In this document: one piece after another, positions 55,925-64,000 of the stretch
How positions within the stretch are numbered: the first letter of the stretch is position 1
Layout: the number at the start of each line of letters is the position of its first letter
Source: Candidatus Eiseniibacteriota bacterium
GTDB lineage: Bacteria; Eisenbacteria; RBG-16-71-46; DASYSL01
NCBI GenBank assembly: GCA_031431875.1
Contig: JANPEF010000024.1
Span: 1 to 64,000, forward strand
Length of the DNA: 64,000 nt
Direction: 5' to 3'
Program-made: the position numbers and the translations under genes
The notes under the pieces: generated by a model
What the model saw: the letters and a program-made list of their open reading frames with translations, nothing else
Told to the model about the DNA's origin: nothing
Database searches by the model: none

Positions 55925-58240
55925 CTACGGCGGAGCGCCTGCGACGACCTCGATCCCCTTCTCGAGCACTTCGTCTCGCCCCGCGCGGATCCCAGCCACG
56001 GTGACGCTCGCCGGCACGGTCGGTCGGATGCCGACGCCGTGGTGCACCGAGCCGTCGTGCTTGAGCACCTTCATTCCCGTGAACGAGATCGAGTAGCCGC
56101 CCGGGAGCGCGATCACGTTCACGTTTCCGTTCGTGCCGGCGGTGGGCTCGCCGACGATCGCGCCCAGCCGGTAGTGCTCGACGATGCCCAAGCAGGTCTC
56201 GGCGTACGAGATCGCACTTCCATTCGTCAGGAATGCCACGCGCCGCGTGAAGCGGGGCTGCTCAGTCGGGACGGACCAGTTCGAGAACCGGAACGTGAGG
56301 TCGCGCCCGTCCGGATAACGCACGATCGGGACGTGCCAGCGCGCGCTCGTCATCGTCGAGTCGGCGAGGTGGGTGAGGAACGAGAGGCGCATCTGCCCCG
56401 GGTAGCCACGCATGTCGTACACGAGGCCCCGGGCCGTCGCCAGCGAGTCGACGTACGCCTGGAATTGTTCCTCGCGGCAGCGGGTGAGGTCGACGTACCA
56501 GATGCCCGGGCGGACCTGGGAAATCGTGTCGGGCCGCGCGGGCACGGCCCGGTCCGGGCCGCCGACGGGCGGGCGCACGACACGCGCCTCTCCGTCGGCG
56601 CCGAGGAGCGTCAGCGCAAGCGAGTCGCCGTTGGCGGGCGCGGCCAGGTCGCCCAGCATCCGGTAGCGGATCCAGCCCTCGCTCGCGCCGCTGATGCGCG
56701 CGGCCGAGGCGCGCGCGGCCTCCGCGATCGGAACGCCGTCGATCGCGGTCACCTCGTCGCCGACGTTCACTCCGGGCGTAAACGCGTCGCTCGCCGCGTC
56801 GATCACGAGCCGGCCCTCGGCCCACGTCCACGAGAGCGGCACGCGCACGATGTTCATCGTGGGAGTGGTGGCCCGTGCATGGCCGTCCTCGAGTTTCGCG
56901 GTCATGCGCTGAAGCGTCGCCGTGAACGTCTCGTCGTCGCGGTCCGTCGCCGCCGCCGTCAGCGCCTCCTCCAGCGCGGCGCTCCAGTCCGATCGCACGA
57001 CGTCCCAGTAGGGGTAGAAGTGCCGCAACACGTTCCACGCCAGCGCCACGATCGCCAGGCGGCTCGAGCGTTCGCCGGCGCTGCTGCGCCAGTACTTCGC
57101 GCGCGGCGAGGGCGTCGAGCCCCGTGCGCGAGGCAGCGTGCCGAGGCCGTCCGCGAACACGGTGAGCGGGACGCGGCACCACACGCCGCCGCCGAGCTCG
57201 ACTGCGACGTACGCTCCGGGCGGCGGAAGCGTGGTGTCCGGCACAGCGCCCGTGATCGGGCGTCCGATCCGATCGCTCGAATAGACCGAGCGCAGGCGCC
57301 CGGCGCCCCATCCGAGATGCCGCCACGCGACCACCGAGTCCGCGCCCGCCGGTGGCGGCATTGGATCGAAGCGCGACGGAAGGGAGCCGGCCGCGATCGT
57401 GACCGTCGGCGCGATCGGCAGGAAGCGCTCGCGGAGAACGCGTGCGAGCTCGTTCGCGTTCGCCGCGGACTCGACGGCCCCGACGCCATCGACGGCGAAC
57501 AGCGGCCAGTCGGTCGCCACCGCCTGCTCGCTGGGATGGAAGTGCTGCACGTAGCCGAGCAGGCGGACGAACGCGGTGAGGTTCGCCAGGGCGCGCGCGC
57601 TCAGTGGCCGCGGCGCTTCGCCGGACGACGTCGCATCCGGAAGGATCTGCAGTGCGATCGAGTCGGCCTCAGCGCGGCCGGGTCCGCGCAGCAGGAAGCC
57701 GAGCGCGAGTTTGTCGGCATCCGCGGCGACCTCGCCGACGATCAGGCCCTCGGTCCACTCCGGGCTCGTGACCGCTCGATCCTGCATGTTGTCGAAGAAT
57801 CCGGTCCGGCCGCCCTTGCGATCGACGCGCAGCCAGAGGCGGGCGCCGCCGCCCTTCGGCACACGATCGCCGGCGTAGCGCAACTGCCCGCTCAGCGCGA
57901 TGCGCCGGCCGCGGTACGGCTTCGCGTCGATGAACTGCGAGATCGTCGCGAAGTTCGGCTCGCCGGCGCCCGCGTAGACGATCGAGGCGAATCGCCGGCC
58001 GGAGTGGGGTACGGAATCCCGCACCGAGGGCACGAATCCCTCGGCGCGCGAGACGGGCGAGAAGAACCACCCGCGCGGCACGCCGAGGGAGTCCGACTCC
58101 TCGAAGTCGAGGTTCTGCTGCGCCGGTTGCATTCCCACCGATTTGCCCGGGGCCTGGGCCCGCGCGGACAGGGCGAGACCTGCGACGATCGCGAGAGCCG
58201 TGAGGGTGGCCGGGGAAACGGCCGAGGCTCGAGGCATCAT
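55925..58240 (-). CDS. Secreted S41-family peptidase with N-terminal beta-sandwich and PDZ
   Basis: HFYPYW, LEDGH, GDEVTAIDG, DMRGYP, SAISYAE, GEPTAGTNGN, HGVGIRP, GRDEVLE; GGAGGAG RBS. Confidence 0.9.
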   Translation of the reverse strand: MMPRASAVSPATLTALAIVAGLALSARAQAPGKSVGMQPAQQNLDFEESDSLGVPRGWFFSPVSRAEGFVPSVRDSVPHSGRRFASIVYAGAGEPNFATISQFIDAKPYRGRRIALSGQLRYAGDRVPKGGGARLWLRVDRKGGRTGFFDNMQDRAVTSPEWTEGLIVGEVAADADKLALGFLLRGPGRAEADSIALQILPDATSSGEAPRPLSARALANLTAFVRLLGYVQHFHPSEQAVATDWPLFAVDGVGAVESAANANELARVLRERFLPIAPTVTIAAGSLPSRFDPMPPPAGADSVVAWRHLGWGAGRLRSVYSSDRIGRPITGAVPDTTLPPPGAYVAVELGGGVWCRVPLTVFADGLGTLPRARGSTPSPRAKYWRSSAGERSSRLAIVALAWNVLRHFYPYWDVVRSDWSAALEEALTAAATDRDDETFTATLQRMTAKLEDGHARATTPTMNIVRVPLSWTWAEGRLVIDAASDAFTPGVNVGDEVTAIDGVPIAEAARASAARISGASEGWIRYRMLGDLAAPANGDSLALTLLGADGEARVVRPPVGGPDRAVPARPDTISQVRPGIWYVDLTRCREEQFQAYVDSLATARGLVYDMRGYPGQMRLSFLTHLADSTMTSARWHVPIVRYPDGRDLTFRFSNWSVPTEQPRFTRRVAFLTNGSAISYAETCLGIVEHYRLGAIVGEPTAGTNGNVNVIALPGGYSISFTGMKVLKHDGSVHHGVGIRPTVPASVTVAGIRAGRDEVLEKGIEVVAGAPP

Positions 58241-58529
58241 CCACTCCTCCACGGGCGACGGATTGGAACACCACGGGAGGGATCCTGCCTTCCCGCAGGC
58301 GCTCGATCCTAGGCCCGGCCCGTGGGTCGATCAACCCGGAATCGTCGGCGAGGGCGTGCATGCTGGGGCTCGCAGCGGGCGATGCGATCGCGGTCGAGTC
58401 GGTGAAGCGCGTGGGGTGAGCGGCGCACTCCTGGAAACACGAAGCCCCCGGGCCGTGGAGGCCCGAGGGATCGTGAACCGAGGATCGCGGCGGGGGACCG
58501 CACCCTCGAACATCCAGGAGTGTGGACAG

Positions 58530-59573
58530 CTACGGCGTCGGGAAGACGATCGCGTTGGTGGCCAGCGTGACCGCACCGATGCGCGCCAGCGCCCGGCCGT
58601 TCAGCGACGCACCGGTATTCAGGGTGATCGACTGGTTCGCCATGACGGTGCCCTTGAAGACGGAGGTCGTTCCGAACGTGGCCGAGCTGCCGACCTGCCA
58701 GTAGACGTTTGCAGCCTTGGCGCTTCCGGCAAGCGTCACCGAGCGACCGGACGAGGTCGTCAGCGTCGAGGCGATCTGGAAGATGAAGACCGCATTGGCG
58801 TCGCCGCCCGCATCCAGCGTCAAGTTTCCCGAGGAGATCGCGAGCGACGAGGTCGACTTGTAGAGACCCGGCGGCAGCGTGAGACCGCCGAGGTTTCCGG
58901 CCACCGTGACCGGCGCCAGCGTCCGTCCGGCCGCGTCGTTGTACGCCACGGTCAGGTCGGCCATGGCCGCTGCCGAGGTGACATCGCCGGCGTGTCCGGC
59001 TCCCGAGTAGACCCCCGGGGGAAAACCGGTCACGGCGGTTCCCGGGCTCACGCCCAGGTCACCGACCAGCGCGCTCGGACCCGTGTTGGTGACCGTCGAG
59101 CCTGCCAGAACCACGAAGCTGGACGCCGACGCGAGAACCGGCGCAAGCTGCGCGCCAGCCGATGCGGACGTCGTGAAGGTCCACACCTTGTTGCTCGCCA
59201 GGGCATTGCCCGCGGCATCCTTGCTGCCCACGCCGATCGTCGCCGTGTAGACCGTTCCCAGCGCGAGGGCGCTGTTGGGCGTGAAGCGTGCAATATACGT
59301 CGATGAATTGTAGGTGACGGTACCGGCCACGGCCGCACCGCCGGGTCCGCTTACCGAGAAGTTCGTCGCCGTGATCGTCGCGGCGGTCATGGGCTCATTG
59401 AACGTCGCGGTGATGACCGCCACACCCGTCCCGCCGTTGATGGGATTGGTGGAAGTCACGGTCGGAGCGGTCGTGTCGCCGATCGGTGAAATCGGATCGT
59501 CGCTGCATCCTGTCGACGCGGCAAGGCACAGCGTCATTGCGAGGAGCGCGAGCAGGTTCGTGGTTCGCTGCAT
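58530..59573 (-). CDS. Lipoprotein with Ig-like (Big_5) and DUF3494 ice-binding-like domain
   Basis: Lipobox STGC; DTTAPTVTSTNP..TFNEPM; FVVLAGSTVTNTG, PGLYK, FIFQI, WQVGSSAT, LNGRALA. Confidence 0.9.
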   Translation of the reverse strand: MQRTTNLLALLAMTLCLAASTGCSDDPISPIGDTTAPTVTSTNPINGGTGVAVITATFNEPMTAATITATNFSVSGPGGAAVAGTVTYNSSTYIARFTPNSALALGTVYTATIGVGSKDAAGNALASNKVWTFTTSASAGAQLAPVLASASSFVVLAGSTVTNTGPSALVGDLGVSPGTAVTGFPPGVYSGAGHAGDVTSAAAMADLTVAYNDAAGRTLAPVTVAGNLGGLTLPPGLYKSTSSLAISSGNLTLDAGGDANAVFIFQIASTLTTSSGRSVTLAGSAKAANVYWQVGSSATFGTTSVFKGTVMANQSITLNTGASLNGRALARIGAVTLATNAIVFPTP

Positions 59574-59641
59574 TGGGGATCCTTCCATTGGGGGCAGATG
59601 AGTCGTCGCTGCAGTCGAGACGCAGCCTGACCCTCCAGGAG

Positions 59642-59657
59642 TGCACGATTGGTGCCA
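59642..59657 (-). promoter_or_regulatory. Sigma54 -24/-12 promoter of DUF3494 gene
   Basis: TGGCACCAATCGTGCA (GG-N10-GC), 68 bp upstream of ATG. Confidence 0.7.
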
Positions 59658-59931
59658 TGCGTTCGTGAGTTCACTCTTCCCCCCGCAATGCGTTGCCCTG
59701 ACCGGCACTAGCTTCACGCGAGAGAGTCGCTGCTCGCCGCGTCCTGCCCGCGATCGCTCGTGGGGATCGGTCAGATCTTACAAAGAGAGTCGGTTTCTTC
59801 AATCAGGGCCGGAGGGAGCTGCTCTCTGTCGCCGGTGGAAGTCGTGCCCGACGATCCCGTGCGGGTTGCGGGTTGGCCCAACGAGTTGCTAGGCTTCAAT
59901 CCCTCCCGCGACGGAGTGGGAGGTTGCCCGC

Positions 59932-60003
59932 ATGAGAGCGTTCGACTCCTCGGTTCCCGCGACACCCACGACGTGGGGGCGACTGAAGGCGGAGCGTCGT
60001 TGA
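59932..60003 (+). other. 23-codon ORF or gene remnant MRAFDSSVPATPTTWGRLKAERR
   Basis: GGGAGG 8 nt upstream of ATG; matches the C-terminal tail motif of the 19124-19609 protein. Confidence 0.55.
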
Positions 60004-60047
60004 TTCCAGTTCGCTTGCCAGGACCGCACCCGGTGACGGAGAATCGC

Positions 60048-60572
60048 ATGTCCACCACGCACGATCCGCTCCTGCTCGACGCCCTGCTCGACTCCTGGGA
60101 TCGCAACAACACCATCCTCGTCAACCTGCTGCGCCTCGTGCCGGAAGGTGGGCTCACGGCCCGGGCGACGGAGGGCAGTCCCACCGTCGCGCAGCTGTTC
60201 ACGCACGTGCACTACGTTCGGCTCGTGTTTCTCGAGGAGGATGCTCCCGAGTTCGCGCGCGAGGTTCCCCCCGAAGCGTGGGCCGACGCGACCGATCCCG
60301 AGCGCATCGCGCAGGCGCTGAACGAGAGCGCGCACGCCGTGCGCGATGCGGTCCGCGGACTCGTGGAATCGCGCCAGCCGACGAAGCTCCACTACGACCA
60401 TCCCATCCTCCTCCTGCAGCACATGATCTGGCACGAGGGCTACCACCACGGCCAGATCAAGCTGGCGCTCAAGCTCGCGGGCCACCCGATCCCGGACCCG
60501 CAAGCCGGGCCGGGCACGTGGGGCGTGTGGATGCGGAAGACGCCCGGCGGGGCGCGCCCGGCGGGGGAATGA
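60048..60572 (+). CDS. DinB-family protein
   Basis: FTHVHYVR and HMIWHEGYHHGQ metal-binding His pattern. Confidence 0.88.
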   Translation: MSTTHDPLLLDALLDSWDRNNTILVNLLRLVPEGGLTARATEGSPTVAQLFTHVHYVRLVFLEEDAPEFAREVPPEAWADATDPERIAQALNESAHAVRDAVRGLVESRQPTKLHYDHPILLLQHMIWHEGYHHGQIKLALKLAGHPIPDPQAGPGTWGVWMRKTPGGARPAGE

Positions 60573-61861
60573 CGCGGCCTGCGTTCTCGCGCCGCGCGGT
60601 GGCGGCGCTGTTCCTCGAGCGCCAGTGGCTCGATCGGCCCCGCGGCCGAAGGCTCACCGCGCGCACGCTGGGCGACTTCGCGAGCGCCACCTGTGGCGTG
60701 CAGATCGACTCCGTCAACGTGATCGACCGCGCGCACCACCTGACGCTGTGGAGCCGCTTCGGCGAGTACGATCGCGCCACGCTCGAGCGGCTCATCTACC
60801 GTCGCCGCGTGCTGTTCGAATACCTCTCGCACGTCGCCTGCTTCGTCGCCACGGCGGACCTGCCGATCTGGCGCGCATTCATGGCCGAGATCCCCGGGAG
60901 CTTCCGCCAGCGCCACCGCTATCCCGGCCGGGAGCAGCCGCTCGTCGACGCGGTCGAGCAGGCGATCGCCGAGCGCGGGCCGCTCGGCAACGCGGACTTC
61001 GAGCGGCCCGGGCACATGGGCAAGGGCGGCGGTTGGTGGACGTGGAAGCCCGCGACGCACGCCCTCGATTACCTGTGGAAAGCCGGGCGCATCGGCGTGC
61101 ACTCGCGCCGCCACTTCCACAAGCGCTTCGCGCCGATCGGCAAGGTGCTCCCGCAGGCCGGCACGATCGCGCCGCTGTCGATCGAGGAGGCGCGAAGGCA
61201 GCGCCTGCTGCGCTCGCTCACGGCGATGGGTGCGGCAGGGCAGGACGACCTGCACGCGTACTGGACGTGGCCGCGCTGGCCCGCCGCGGACATGCGCAAG
61301 GCGCTCGCCGGACTCGTGCGCGAGGGCTTCGTCAGCGAAGTTGCGGTCGAAGGCCAGCGTTCGCCGTGGTTCGCGCGCAGCGAGGACCTGCCCGCGCTCG
61401 AGCGCGCGCACCGGCGCCGCGCCCCGTCGCGTGGCACCACGCTGCTCGCGCCGTTCGATTCGTTCCTCTGGCACCGCGAGCGCACGCTGCGGCTGTGGGA
61501 CTACTTCTATCGGATCGAGATCTACGTGCCCGGACACCAGCGCACGCACGGCTACTACAGCCTGCCGGTGCTGCACGAGGGCCAGCTGGTCGGCCGCGTC
61601 GACACGAAGACGCACCGCGCGGCGGGTGTGCTCGAGGCGAGGCACGTGCACCTCGAGCCCTGGCTCGCCAAGGGCGATGCGCCACCACGTCCGCACTGGG
61701 GCGGCGTGGATCGCGACGCCGCACTCGCAGGGATCGCCGACGCGCTGCGCTCGCTGGCGGCGCACGTCGGCTGCGCGGAGGTGAAGCTGGGGCGGGTGAC
61801 GCCGGTCAAGCTCAAGCCGGCGATGGCGCGGGCCTTGCGCGAGGCGGGATACCAGGATTGA
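60569..61861 (+). CDS. YcaQ/AlkZ-family (HTH_42) crosslink-repair DNA glycosylase
   Basis: VQIDSVNV (QxD), LWSR, LLAPFDS, YRIEIYVP..GYYSLPVL..GRVD. Confidence 0.92.
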   Translation: MTRPAFSRRAVAALFLERQWLDRPRGRRLTARTLGDFASATCGVQIDSVNVIDRAHHLTLWSRFGEYDRATLERLIYRRRVLFEYLSHVACFVATADLPIWRAFMAEIPGSFRQRHRYPGREQPLVDAVEQAIAERGPLGNADFERPGHMGKGGGWWTWKPATHALDYLWKAGRIGVHSRRHFHKRFAPIGKVLPQAGTIAPLSIEEARRQRLLRSLTAMGAAGQDDLHAYWTWPRWPAADMRKALAGLVREGFVSEVAVEGQRSPWFARSEDLPALERAHRRRAPSRGTTLLAPFDSFLWHRERTLRLWDYFYRIEIYVPGHQRTHGYYSLPVLHEGQLVGRVDTKTHRAAGVLEARHVHLEPWLAKGDAPPRPHWGGVDRDAALAGIADALRSLAAHVGCAEVKLGRVTPVKLKPAMARALREAGYQD

Positions 61862-61887
61862 AGCCGGGCGGTCGGGTCGCCGCGACC

Positions 61888-62010
61888 AGCCGCCGCGTGC
61901 GATCGCTGCTGGCAACACGGTCGGCGGCGGGATCCCACAGGGTCGCATGGGACGGGGAGGATGACCCCGGGGCGAAGGTCTGTTCAAGGCTCCACTTCGT
62001 GCTCCTGAGG
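61888..62010 (+). pseudogene. Degenerate remnant of a FlgD/T9SS-like C-terminal domain
   Basis: Reads SRRVRSLL..AGSHRVAWDGEDDPGAKVCSRLHFVLL, paralleling GRPVRTL..AGNHDFRWDETDQAGHRVGSGLYFV of 55102-55869. Confidence 0.6.
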
Positions 62011-62335
62011 ACCCGCGGGGAGTCTCCCTGCGGGTCGTCCCCCGAGACTTCGCCTCCAACCTGCACTATACTCGTCGTCCACCTCCGTGCTGCGTCCGTC
62101 ACGCTCGAAACCTCCGGCGTCCGAAGCGGCGGCCGCCCGAAAGGCTTGCCATGTTTCGGTTCGTCTTCACTGTGCTCTCGATCGCCACGTGCTCGGGTCG
62201 GGGTGCACGGCGTCTCGGGCCGGCTCGTGCGACGGTTGGCCGATGACGCTCGCCTCGAGGGAGACGTCGACCTCCGACGGGTGGACGACGACGATCCCCG
62301 TGGACCGCTTGCCGTAGTCGGGGAGGGGCTCGATC

Positions 62336-62902
62336 ATGGCGACGAAAAACGAGGCAACTGAGCTGTTGTTGTCGCTCAGCAAGGGCAATCGGGAAGCCCT
62401 GAACGAACTCATGCCGCTGGTGTACGACGAGCTGCGAGTGATCGCCCGCCGCCGGCTGCGCCTCGAGCGCCCCGGTCACACCCTCGACACCGTGGGCCTG
62501 GTGAACGAGGCCTACCTGAAGCTCTTCCAACTGGATCGCATTCAATGGAACTCGCGGGCCCACTTCCTCGCGATCGCAGCGCAGGCAATGCGCCACATCC
62601 TGGTGAACCACGCCCTGAGGCGGAAACGGATCAAACGGGGCGGCGGCGCGCCGCACGTGCCGCTCGACGAGGCCGCCGATCTGCCCACCAAGGAAGCCGA
62701 CCGCATCCTCGCGCTCGATGAAGCCCTTGAGCGGCTCGCGGCCCTCAACCCGCGCCACGCGAAGGTCGTCGAGTTCCGCTTTTTCGGGGGCATGACCATC
62801 GAGGAGACCGCGACGGCGCTCGGCATCTCGCCGGCGACCGCCAAGCGCGACTGGATTCTGCTTCGCCTGTGGCTCGGTCGCGAGCTCGCGGACAGCGCAT
62901 GA
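62336..62902 (+). CDS. ECF sigma factor, kinase-associated (TIGR02999-like)
   Basis: LMPLVYDELRVIA, HTL..LVNEAYLKL, AMRHILVNHA, KRGGG, RFFGGMT..TAKRDW. Confidence 0.93.
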   Translation: MATKNEATELLLSLSKGNREALNELMPLVYDELRVIARRRLRLERPGHTLDTVGLVNEAYLKLFQLDRIQWNSRAHFLAIAAQAMRHILVNHALRRKRIKRGGGAPHVPLDEAADLPTKEADRILALDEALERLAALNPRHAKVVEFRFFGGMTIEETATALGISPATAKRDWILLRLWLGRELADSA

Positions 62903-64000
62903 ACGGTGCGCGCTGGGAGCGCGTCCAGCATCTGGTCGAAGGCGCCCTGGAACTCCCACCGCACGAACGGCAGGCGTTCGTCGACGAGAGCTGCGCGGGT
63001 GACGCAGCGCTTCGCGCTGAAGTTCTCTCGCTGCTGGCGGCGGACGTCGTCGACGGACTGCCGTCGCGGTGGCTCGGTGCGCTGGCGAGCCCCGAGGCCG
63101 ACCGATTTGCGCCCGGCGATCTTCTGGCCGGGCGCTATCGCATCGGGAGGCTGATCGGCCGCGGTGGCATGGGGGAAGTGTACGAAGCCGACGACGAGGA
63201 GCTGGGAATCGTCGTCGCGCTCAAGGTGCTGCGGGAGATGGGATCCCGCCACGCGTCCGTGGAGATGCTCAAGCTCGAGGGAATGCTGGCGCGTGCGGTA
63301 TGGCACCCCAACGTCTGCCGCGTGTACGAGCTGGGCCGGCATGGCGACGACAAGGCTCCGCTCTGGTTCCTCGCCATGGAGCTTCTGCACGGTCCGACCC
63401 TCGAGGAACGCCTGCGCGATGCTCGACGGTTGCCGCTCGAGAGCGCGCTCCGCATCGCCGAGGGGATCGGCGCGGGACTCGGCGCGGCGCATCGCGCCGG
63501 AGTCGTGCACCGAGACCTCAAGCCCGGGAACGTGATGCTGGTCTTCCGCGACGGTGCCGAGCATGCGGTCGTCACGGACTTCGGCACCGGCCAGGCGGCT
63601 CCGCAACGCGATCTCGCCGCACCCGTGCGCCGTCCCGGCACGGTCGTCGGCACGCCCACCTACATGGCTCCGGAGCAATTGCGCGGGGACGAGGTCGGTC
63701 CCGCGGCGGACATCTACGCATTCGGAGTCGTCCTCTACGCGATGGTGACGGGGTCGGTGCCCCTGGCGGAGCTGACGTCGGATGAGCGGATCCGGCGCAA
63801 GCTCGAGGAGGATCTCCCGTCGCCTCGCGAGGTGATGCCGGAGCTCGACCCACGATGGGACGCCGTGATCCGACGCTGCCTCGAGCGCGATCCGCGGCGG
63901 CGGTTCGCACGCGCCGAGGACGTCGCCGAAGCGCTCGCCGGTCGGGCGCCGGTGGAACCCGGAAGCGACATCGAACGGGCTGCGACCCAACGTCCCACCA
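62899..64000 (+). CDS. Ser/Thr protein kinase, partial (runs off window; not in ORF track)
   Basis: ATGA overlap with ECF; MNGARWERVQHL..CAGDAALRAEVLSLL; GRGGMGEVY, VALKVL, HRDLKPGN, DFG, GTPTYMAPE. Confidence 0.93.
   Translation, partial: MNGARWERVQHLVEGALELPPHERQAFVDESCAGDAALRAEVLSLLAADVVDGLPSRWLGALASPEADRFAPGDLLAGRYRIGRLIGRGGMGEVYEADDEELGIVVALKVLREMGSRHASVEMLKLEGMLARAVWHPNVCRVYELGRHGDDKAPLWFLAMELLHGPTLEERLRDARRLPLESALRIAEGIGAGLGAAHRAGVVHRDLKPGNVMLVFRDGAEHAVVTDFGTGQAAPQRDLAAPVRRPGTVVGTPTYMAPEQLRGDEVGPAADIYAFGVVLYAMVTGSVPLAELTSDERIRRKLEEDLPSPREVMPELDPRWDAVIRRCLERDPRRRFARAEDVAEALAGRAPVEPGSDIERAATQRPT

Noticed and set aside
59938..59952. GTTCGACTC resembling a tRNA T-loop
   Set aside because: No cloverleaf or acceptor stem can be built around it

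Overview
Very GC-rich, gene-dense bacterial window with about 55 CDS. I found no rRNA, tRNA, CRISPR array, transposase or integrase. Secreted proteins ending in T9SS/FlgD-like domains or in a '(S/T)WGx(V/L)KAxxR' tail, plus Ser/Thr kinase-TPR and ECF-kinase modules, suggest an uncultured FCB-related lineage such as Ca. Eisenbacteria (inference only). Gene content: Pho-box porin-pstS pair; TM0106 nuclease-helicase; kinase-TPR plus a partner protein; cysM-mec-(Ubl-MoeB-rhodanese) operon; PadR-ABC exporter with a permease-hydrolase fusion; aldolase-mtnA; peroxiredoxin; a sigma54 activator/hybrid kinase locus; a metal-uptake operon; several secreted enzymes; YcaQ; ECF-kinase. The strongest signals are regulatory elements missing from or mis-started in the ORF track. 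(1) A Cys-codon leader peptide with terminator/antiterminator upstream of the sulfur-carrier cysteine operon. (2) A His/CxxC/RAPP uORF whose stop codon can pair with the RBS and start of the downstream metal-uptake operon. (3) Four sigma54 -24/-12 promoters. (4) A 23-codon ORF that is almost entirely the 'TWGRLKA' C-terminal motif. Several gene remnants are also present. All family calls come from motif recognition by eye; no searches were run.
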